Below are positions 1 through 10,000 of a stretch of DNA of 64,000 bases, in pieces. How positions within the stretch are numbered: position 1 is the first letter of the stretch; every line of letters begins with the position of its first letter. This DNA is from Bugula neritina. Taxonomy: Eukaryota; Animalia; Bryozoa. The notes beneath the pieces are model-generated. The model saw nothing but the letters and a program-made list of their open reading frames with translations. It ran no database searches and was not told where the DNA came from. Both the position numbers and the translations under genes were made by a program. The stretch lies in contig OZ037765.1 in assembly GCA_964035545.1 (NCBI GenBank), positions 6,396,698 to 6,460,697 on the forward strand. The letters run 5' to 3'.

Positions 1-390
1 CTGATCTGAGCTATAATATAGTACAAATGTTAAACTTAATTACTTCTCTCATTGCATTTCACACACTCACGCACAATATAATATTTATTTGAGACTCAGT
101 AGGTATAATAAAAAGGAAAACAATGGATCATCAAAACTTTTATAAAAAGCTTGAGGTTATCTGATTCAGAGTAAGATATCATAAGCTGCAGGGCATATGT
201 TGGTTCCCTAGCCCATTGAAAGATGAGGAACATTAAATTTATAAGCGGGGCCTCAATGATTCCCATTCTGAAATGATTCGGTAGGAGCTGAAGTTATTTG
301 AGTCAAGAAAGCAAAATATATACAGTAAATGTTATTAATGTTGATGAGTTACTTTAGTTACAAACTGGAATCAGCATATCAGCGTTCAAA

Positions 391-1008
391 ATGAAGTTCA
401 ATCTCTTTGCTCTCATACTATTGGCTTCTACCGTACTAATGGCAGCATCTATAAATGTGTCAGCAATACTGGACAAGATAGGAAGCAAACTTCCTAACAT
501 TAAAGGCCCAGGTAACAATCCATGACACGCACATAAACTAGTTTTATTACTTTATCTATAGGCTAGCTTATAAATAGTATATTGAGTGCATTGAAGAAGC
601 TAAGCTGACTAACCCAGTCATAATTTCCTTTTGACAGCACCTTCAAACAAAAAGTAACACACATGGAGTTTATCTGGTAGATTTTTATGGGTAGCCTATT
701 TATGATCAATCTATTAAGTATTCTAGTACAATCTGAAGAGTTGATCATTTTCATCTAGCTGTGACAATTTGTGTTTTTTGGTAGATATATTCTCTTTTCT
801 GCATTAGAGCATTTTCATTGGCACCATCTTTTACTTTGTAGCAGTTCATAATAATGGATTCTATCTTGTAAAATTCAACATGTTTTTATTTATTTCTATA
901 TTGATTGTTTTAGATTATGCCAATGCTGGAAATAAGAATCATGGTGGAACAACACCACCACCTTTTAATCCTTCAATTGGAAAAAGAAACTTTGTGTATA
1001 TTTTTTAA
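391..1008 (+). CDS. Putative small secreted peptide precursor (71 aa, 2 exons: 391-511, 914-1008), C-terminally amidated; candidate antimicrobial peptide or neuropeptide
   Basis: ATG 391 (caaaATG) opens MKFNLFALILLASTVLMAASINVSA (signal-peptide-like) then ILDKIGSKLPNIKGP. A phase-1 intron runs from cag|GTAACA (512) to tgttttAG (913). Exon 2 reads DYANAGNKNHGGTTPPPFNPSI-GKR-NFVYIF, with TAA at 1006-1008 overlapped by AATAAA (1007-1012). It is too short for the ORF track. Confidence 0.6.
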
Positions 1009-2019
1009 TAAAACTATTTGAGAATTTATCTTATCTAATTATCTATTTACTTAAATATTCAGTGATGTACAAATTATAAAATTATATACAATACATAAGC
1101 TTCATGTTGTTAGGCAAAACAGGTAAGTAGTGTAGTGCAGCCTCATCAGAGCGCAAGCTTGAGGCACCATTTCCTGCCCACTATCCATTTCCTGTTGACT
1201 GTAGTCTGTGAGCCTCATAGACCAGGTCTTTCAATAACAATTTGTCATATACTTTGCGGTGTCGGCATATACCTTTATTCTGTTGATTACTTTATAGATT
1301 TTAAATTTGATCAAATTTTTTTTTCAAGATTCTACTTAGTTAATATCCATTAGTCAAAGTGCCTGTGCATAAGCAGAGACCAGAATGTGCCATAACTTTT
1401 ATAAGGCATATATAATACTTTCCACCAACTCAAATATTTTTCACCAAACAGCACAATGTTTTGTGGACCCCTCACCAAGAAAAAATTGAGGTAGGCTAGT
1501 CACATGCACAATATTGATGACGACATGCATTCTCAACAAATCAAGGACTCTCAACTTAAAAGAGCTGCTCTACATTTTGGAAACAGATTGATTAAAGGAC
1601 ACTGCAAAAATGTTTCAATGTAGAGTGACACCAATAAAAATTCGAATTCTCTTAATATAGAAATTAATATAAGCAGAGAAAAATTGTTTATGTAGAAGTC
1701 GTGAGATAGGACAGCCAGTGATGATGAGCCATTTTACCAAACTGCAAAGGTTGTCTTCTTCTTGTATTTTGACACAAGGGAGCGAAATAGCCACTTATTT
1801 TGTTCACTCTAATTATCGGAATATAGTCGAATATATACGTAGTGGCTGATGTATAAAGTACAAAGTATACGTATAACTTTGCACTCCCGCTGGCAGCTCC
1901 ATAATTTATTTTTATTTTTAATTCCGTAAAATTCAATGAATGATAGAAAATGATAGAAAATCAGAATGTGAACGGATTGTCATTTATGCATTTTTAGTTG
2001 ATAAATTGATATCAACATG

Positions 2020-2520
2020 ACATTTTCTATAACTAGGTTTAAATTCTAGTGTATTGGAGATTGAACACTATCAGTATCACTATGACAGTATGACTACCAT
2101 CTATGATACTCTAACTCTAAGTCTTAGTCTAACTCTAGGCGATTAGTAATACTAATACTAATACTTATAGTATAAGTATTAGGCTTAGCATTTAAAATTT
2201 CACTGTCAGTGTTGAATATCAATATTTGATAATTAATGGCTATACGTAGAACTATAAGTTATAAGTTTATAGCAGTATAACTATAAGTACTAGCCACGCC
2301 TAGCCACTAGCTCTAAGTCTAGTCTAGGTCTAGTGGCTGTCGATAAAAATGGCAATATTTATATAATAATAGTTGATAAATAAAATATATCATCATTGTC
2401 ATAATTTAAAGCAATAATTTAATATTAAACTAATTTAAAACTAATAATTACGATATGAATATTTTACTTATATTTATAGTATAACTGTTATACTTATAGT
2501 GTGGTAAACACGTTTATATC
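2020..2520. repeat. Low-complexity tract of degenerate 6-nt duplications upstream of the PRKCSH ATG (probably promoter or 5'UTR intron)
   Basis: Runs such as tactct aactct aagtct tagtct aactct, atacta atacta atactt and ctatca gtatca ctatga. An acceptor-like tttggtAG at 2584-2585 lies just before the ATG. Confidence 0.6.
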
Positions 2521-2596
2521 TTAAACTATTTTAAATGTGGATTAAAACGTTCTCAAAATTTAATTGTCATTTTTATATTTGGTAGCATAAGGCAAG

Positions 2597-5500
2597 ATGC
2601 TCACTGCCAGAAGAATTATGGCATCTTTGCTGTTAGCATTCTGTGTGATTGTTTTGCCAGTCTTTGCATCTGAACCGATTCCTAGAGGAGTTAGCAGGGC
2701 TAGTAAGTCAAGTATAGATCAATGCATATGCTTGGTTGTGCACTTTCATTTTCATTGTTTTTTAATTTTTATTTCTGATATCCAATATTGCTAAAACACG
2801 CACTGCATTGAGTGCGACTTCCAATTTTGTAGAGGGTAGTTTTTACAAGGCAGGAGTACCTTTCAAATGTTTGGATGGTAGTCAAACCATTCCTTTTGAT
2901 CAAATAAATGATGACTACTGCGACTGCGCTGATGGAAGTGACGAGCCAGGAACCTCAGCGTGCCGTAATGGCAGGTTTTACTGCGTGAACAAAGGCTACA
3001 AACCGGAAAGCATTCCATCCTCCAGAGTATCTGATGGTATTTGTGATTGCTGTGATGGATCAGATGAGTATGATCAGAAAGTCAAATGTGAAGTAAGCTC
3101 AGCTAACATACCTTTTGAAATTACTCTCCTGGCACTTAGCTTGTCCACTTGTTGTTTTGATGCAAATAGTGAAACACCATTTTTAATGTACAGCAAAGAT
3201 TTTTGCGAAATGGTGATACCTTGAATGTAACTGACCTTAAAAGTCACTTTTTAAAATGTATTCCATGATATCTACAGAGAGGTGAGTTATTCGATAATGT
3301 TTTTAGACATTTTTGTTTTTTTTTTTACATTCTAAAATATATTTTTATGGTGTACAATATATTATGTTGCTTGAAATCAGCAAGTCTCAAGATTGTAATG
3401 ATATAAATTGCTGCAAAAAACCTTGAGTTTTTACCTATTTTCAATGGTCTTGCAAAGCAATTGTGGTAGAAAATGCATTGTACATCATAGTACCAGTTGT
3501 AGCATCATAATGGATCTATGCTAATACAATACAGGCCACAGAATCTGTACTTCTTTTACTTATTTTCTGATTATTTTTCACTTTCTGTTAGAACACATGC
3601 ATAGAGCTGGGTAGAAGCATGAGAGAGGAAATGCTGGCCATGAAGAAACTAGTGGAGGAAGGCTACAGGATACGATCAGAGTATGCTTCTCAGGGTAAAA
3701 CGGCTAAACTGGAAAAACAAGAGCAGCTAGTAAGTTTGGGACCTAAGAGGGAGGTGCTAGGTCAAACCAAGGATGAACTGATGGTGAGATTTCACATTAT
3801 CTACAATCATTTATTATGCTAACTAAACATAATAGATATTAGCCTGTCGGTGTTTGGCGTGGACAAGATCAGTGCACACTATATATTTTACAGCTTAAGA
3901 AAGAAGCTGCCGAGCAGCCTGAGAAGGCAGCAAAGGAAGTGCATGAAGCCTGGTGGAAAGACCAGAAAGCTATAAAAGATGCAGAGAAAGAGAAAGCTAA
4001 AGCCGCCGAAGCTTTTGCTCAACTTGACACCAATCAGGATAATTTGTAAGTCTTGACACCAATAGATGCTGTATTTATTCTTCCGACTATTGTTGCCGTT
4101 GCTTTTTCATTTTAATGGCCGATTGCAGAGTGTCTATGGCGGAGATGCAGGCGAGAGCGGAGTTTGACACTAACGGAGACGGTACTGTATCCGAAGAGGA
4201 AGTCACTATTCTACTCACCGAGGCTGTAGACACCATGGACTTGGCTCAGTTTACTGATACTTACTGGGAGCTGATCAAGAAAGTATATAAGCCCCCAGTT
4301 GTAGAAGTACAGGAGCCCGCTCCACCCGCCCCTACCGATGCCGTACCCCCTCCTACTGAGGCTACTACAGGTGATGACGAGGACGATGACTCAGACTTTG
4401 AAGAGGTGAGTCCTTAATAGTATGACCTTGACCTTACTCTGCATATAACACAACGTAACGGTGTGAAATACTGCACTGAATGTGTATAGTCAAGGCGCAG
4501 ACTATGCTTGTATTCAGGATGATTTTGACGAGGGTGATGATGACGACAACGAGGAGGCTCCGCCCCCACCTACTCAAGATAACCTGATGCCAGCCTATCC
4601 GGAGGAAACTCAGAGACTGATGAGTGTAGCTGACGCTGCCAGAGAAGAGTATAACAAGGCAGAGAAGGAATATAATGATGTAGATAGAGAGATACAGTGA
4701 GTGTGCTTTTAAGAGTTTCATATTTCAAATACTGAGAATTTGCTGATACTTGAAGAAAGAACATTAAAAAATTCAGGAGCAAGACTGCCGTGTCGGCTAA
4801 AATATAAATCATTCATTCATCTTTACAGTATGTAAGGCTGTTCACTGTTCAATTTATAAATTATGCTCATCATAAAGCTGTGTGCCTGATTGCACTACTT
4901 CAGCTGTGGAATTTTGGGTAATTATTTCATAAGGAACATATATTTTACTTCAGAAAATTTACCAGAATTTTTCATGTTAATATGTTTGTTTGCAATACAT
5001 TACACAGGTCTTGTTAATTCATAGTTTTATAAGTCTCTTCTCACTGCAACCAAAATAGTATAACTCTCATTGTACTGGCAGTAATACTAGGGCTCGTCAG
5101 GGAGTTGTCACATCTATTGAATTTGTATTTCAGCATAAGTTGTCAAAAAGCATTTCCACTTGCTATTATTAATTATAAATAACAAATTTTTAGTTTCATT
5201 AACTCTGGGTTTCACTATGTTTGAAACATATTGGTCGTTAAAAGTTGCATGTGCCTCTACATTGAATGTAGTGACAACTCCAAAACAAAAAATTCAATAA
5301 AAGTAACCTATCTACACAATGGGGGATCACCAGAAGCGGCACAGCATTTTGGGTTACTGAGTGCAAAGTTTCGCAACCCTCCCCAACCACTGCACTCGGT
5401 GACCCGAAACTTTGTGCTGCCTCAATTGATCTCCTTACACGGTTCTGCTGCAGTTGCTGCCTTTTTCTTTAATTTAGTAGCTTTGAGTCGTTTTGTAACT

Positions 5501-7074
5501 CATTGCAATTGTTACAGGGATATTGAGAAATTCTTAGCTCAGGATCTAGGACCAGATGATGTGTTCTACCCTCTTAGAGATCAGTGCTACGAATACACAG
5601 ACAGGGAATATACGTATAAATTCTGCCCGTTTGAGAAAGCTACACAAAAGCCCAAGGATGGTGGCACTGAAACGAGTTTAGGGTATGTACTGCCTTTCTA
5701 ACAATATTCAGGAGGTTATGGAGTGATGGCTGAGTTTAGTGTTTAAAGTTACACCAGTGTTATATAAGATGATGGGCATAGCTTTAGATTTGATACTTTA
5801 TTAAACTGTATTCACTTATTTCTCCTTTTCCTCTTAGTTACAACTTTCTCCTGCATAATCTGCATACCAGAAGTTTACTTTCATTTTAATAACTCCTATT
5901 TCATTGTACAGAAATACAGATGGGGATTATTGTGAAATTTATGAGCTGCCCTCCCAAATTTTCCCACTTTTTAGAATATTATTTTGTTTTTTCCTTATAA
6001 AATATATTTCCAAGAGTAGTAACTCTTTTATCAAGAGTTGTTTCCTTTTTGTAATTATATGTTTAAGTTAGAGTTGTTATTCCCATTTGAAGGCAATCGG
6101 CCTGCGGCAAGTAATGGCATGAACATGATATTCTTATCTTTTCTTATTTGATTATCTCAGGTGGCCTTCACACGTTCATTGAGTAGAAAATAAAATAATA
6201 ATTATACCCAATAATTAGCTTTTGATGTGTGAGAAACCTCACATTACATAACATTCATTTTTCAGTTTCTATTGTGGCTATTTGTGGCTACAAAAACTCT
6301 ATTTTTATACAAAATAAAGCAGCTGACAGTTTTCACTGCCAATTGTTTGTCCTCATGAGAAATGATATTTTTGATAATCTTACTGAGAATTTTGATATTT
6401 CTGGAATGCATGCCCTGTAAGAGTTGTTAGTCTTGCAGCTATCTTCATCAAATTATAATGTACTCTTCTACTTCACTTGTTTATGAAACCTAAGATTTCA
6501 AAGCCATCCAATGAACTGGTGTTGCTTGTAGTACATTCACCAAGTGGGAAGCCAATGGTGATGATAACTACGGCTATATGAAGTTTGAGAAAGGTCTACA
6601 TTGCTGGAATGGACCAGATAGATCTGCATCAGTAAGTCCATGTTCTTGCACTTATCAAATTTTAATGCCATTGTTGAAAGACTTGCAGATGTTCAGATAT
6701 TTGTTTTGGCTTTCTTAATAACATTGTGAGTAAATTTAATTTTTGTTTTTAAATCAATAGCAAGCCTGTCTGTATGTTTCTCTCCATACTCTATGTTATT
6801 ATATTGCGATTATTGCCTGTGCAGTTGATACAATGATGAAATGTCACCTAGCATCACAGTGCATATTGTTGTTGGCACACCTTGCACTTATTCTTTGTCA
6901 TTGTGCTCGTAGGTAAAGTTCATGTGTGGCACTGAAAACAAGTTAGCCAATGGGGCTGAACCTAACAGGTGTGAATATACGTTTGAATTCACCACTCCAG
7001 CTGCCTGCCACTCTCTACCTGATGACAGTGAGTCAGAGCAGCTAGATGTGGAGCATGTTCATACTGAACTGTAG
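2597..7074 (+). CDS. PRKCSH: Glucosidase II beta subunit (PRKCSH/80K-H), 9 coding exons: 2597-2702, 2833-3092, 3592-3783, 3894-4045, 4129-4405, 4518-4696, 5518-5682, 6532-6631, 6913-7074
   Basis: Signal peptide; Cys-rich LDLa-like region (FKCLDGS...[20 protein letters not shown]...[15 protein letters not shown]); EF-hand-like [12 protein letters not shown]; acidic/Pro linker; MRH domain ([16 protein letters not shown]...CWNGPDRS...EPNRCEY); C-terminal HTEL. All introns are GT-AG with consistent phases. Confidence 0.97.
5322..5434 (+). other. Long intronic stem-loop (candidate pre-miRNA or structured RNA, or decayed inverted repeat)
   Basis: Arm 5336-5365 pairs with arm 5391-5420 (23 Watson-Crick + 5 G.U pairs, one 2x2 internal loop) around a 25-nt loop. 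A basal extension pairs GGGGATCA (5322-5329) with TGATCTCC (5427-5434). It lies in PRKCSH intron 6, sense strand. Confidence 0.55.
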
Positions 7075-10000
7075 GCTGTCCAGCTACAAGTTTCACTTCT
7101 ACTACTACTTCTGGCCTGTGCAATTGTGATTGAAAAGTCTGATAGCCAACTTCCATAAAACTATACTTCATAATTAATTCACAATAGTTGTTCTATACTT
7201 CCTGAATTTTGTATTCAATTCATAAACTATAAATTCTGATAGTTAATATTTTAAATAATATGTTTTTGTGTTAGTAGCTAATAAATTTAGAATACAAGTA
7301 ATTATACTATAGCTCTGTTTGATCTAACATTTACTTATTATAAAGTGTTTGAAAATTATGCAATAAATGCTGGCAGAATGTATATAGAAGTGCTTTACTA
7401 TTAACAGAAGTGTTTTTGGTCATAAAAATGATACACATGGCATATTATTTTCCGTGTGAAAAAGAGACTATGATTATGCACTGCCTTACTGTTTCTACTA
7501 GTTTATGTTACACTTAATCTCACAATTACTAGATTTAAAGGTTTCGTTACTGGCTTTTAATGATATACATGCCTATACGTAGAAATAGCATCTCCATATG
7601 AAATGTTGACATAAATGCTAAAGTCACTGCTGTAACAGAAGTAAATATAATACATTTCACATTAGCAATGGGTATTTGGTAATTGGCACCATCAAACCTC
7701 TCCATTCTATGGGCAATGCAAGATGTTTAAAGCTTATTGACAAACACACTGATCTGCGCTACTGGTGGGGGTATTAAATTTATCTTCAAGACTATCTATA
7801 ATAAAATACTGTGTAAATGTTTCACCTGTGCTTGACAGACTTTGCAGTTTGGCTTAATTCGACACAAGCTGTGTCTTTTAATACATGTGATATGTTGACT
7901 GTGTTAGCATCTTAATAGCTTATGGTAGCCTTAATACTTTTGCCAATGTGTTAATATACATATCCCTTGCATCCATATCCTTCACACTTGAGCAATGCTG
8001 CGTCTTCCTCTATAATATCGTTTGCTCAGTAAGGCTGGCCTTCTAAAATCTAGAGACACCTCCCATCTCTCCAACTATAAGTTCTACAGATTATAATTAA
8101 TACATATATACTTCTCAAGGAGTTTAAACCATCTTGTTGACTATCATATCTCTAAAATGACAATATGAAGCTGGGCAACAATCCCTTAGTCAAACTACAA
8201 CCTATTCATGACATACTTTTTATAAACATCAACTGTGTATGCCTATTGGTATCAACTGTCAAATTTGTATTTGCTGAATGTAGCGATCTAACCCCATTGA
8301 CGCCTAACCTATCATGAACAATCTCTTTTTAATTCCACAATCATTTCTATCATTATTACCATATTCCTTCAACTATAAGTACTTGAATTTTCACAGCCCA
8401 ATGCAAGAACAACCGCCAAACTGCTACTGCATATTTAAAAAGCATCAGGATTGTACCTGCTAATACATGTAGTTCCTTACACTATAGCAGTATGAAGGCA
8501 TATCATGGTACTCTGGCATTAAATAAGTTCTTTGTAGGTTGTGCAGTTTTTTACCAAACTATCACCAGGTTATGCTATAAACTGTTGCATAATATCATAT
8601 ATAGTAGTCACTAAGGATGGTGTAAAAAAATTCAAAGTAAAAGTTTTGGCTTTTGGTTAGGCATTACTGCCGTGCATTATTTGCACACATAGCAAGCTGC
8701 AATGACAATAGATAAAAACTTCATTTGTTTGCTAGAATATCTTATGTGAGAGCTTTAAATGTTATAATTTTAATTTAAAATAAATACAAGAGCAAACAAT
8801 TGCGGAGACAGCGTGACCAATCCTTTTGTTGAATTTTGATTTGGTTACATGCGACATGAAATCAATATTTGCTAAATTTTAAAGCAAATAACTTTCGCCA
8901 TATATTTATTGGTATTGCAACACTATTTCAATGCTATAGAACAGAAACTGAAAACTTTGCATACAACAGTGTTGTATTAAAAGATTAGTAATTGTCAAAA
9001 GTTGACTTGAATTAATATTTTGGTGTTTACATTACAACTACTCTGAATATTGTGGATTGTATCATTTCTTTCGCAACTGCTGGGCTTTTTATTCGGAAGT
9101 ATCATTGTTTAACATGATTAGTCAATTAGAGTGTTTCAAATATCTTTTAAATAAATTTTAGATATTTGATAAACTCGCAAATAGTTGGATACTGACTAGA
9201 TCGGAAATTGGACTTAGAGAATACATTTGCATCAACACAATGTTTTGCTCTGCAGTATATTTATATACATGCTCCAACCTTTGAATTATATATTAGGTGT
9301 TTGTTTCTGTGCTTGCCACATGTAACAGAGAGCTCTCCTCCAAACCTGCACGCAATTACAATGTTTTACAACACCTAAATTAGAGCAAACAATTGAATCT
9401 TGAACTGATTACAGAATGTTACAAAAAGGAATAAGCCACGTGATGATTAATTAATGCAGGCTGATGTGTTACGGTTTCAGTTAAGTTTGCTAAGGACAAT
9501 GATGGTCATGTAAATAGATGTTCAACTGGTGCAATATTCATTATTAGCAATATTTTTATTATGGTGTACAACAGTTCAACCACATGTGCAATATTCAGCA
9601 CTGATACAATGCACTAAATAATATCCAATTGCTCATGTGTTTACAGTGTGAGAAAATTATTACTATATTGAAAGATGCCTGTTGCAGGCAGAAGTGCGTG
9701 TCTGCACTTTATCCAATAAATTCGCAAATTGTTGCCTATCAAGTAAAGATTTTTATTTGTAGTAAAGTTGTTTTTATCTCGGAATTCTAACAAAGTATTC
9801 AAATCTATCTGCAATTTATTTGTCAATATTTCCACTATACCTAATGTTATTTTATAACTCCAACTTCTTAGTACAAACCTAAAGTTATGTATAATAGCTA
9901 CAATGTAATAAATCTAGTGCAGTAAAACAGTTACACATCTTCTTTGTAACTATTTACTGCTCATTTCATTCACAAATTAAAGAAAAATTAAACATTGTTT

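Noticed and set aside
5940-6090. Recurring GAGTTGT(C/T)TTCC(C)T-like motif (also near 37912, 45413, 55574)
   Set aside because: Short and degenerate; probably remnants of a common dispersed repeat whose boundaries cannot be defined here.
7730-8045. Minus-strand segments with acceptor-like sites and short peptide-like frames (e.g. SKRYYRGRRS, CEGYGCKG)
   Set aside because: No consistent multi-exon frame, start codon or signal peptide could be assembled.
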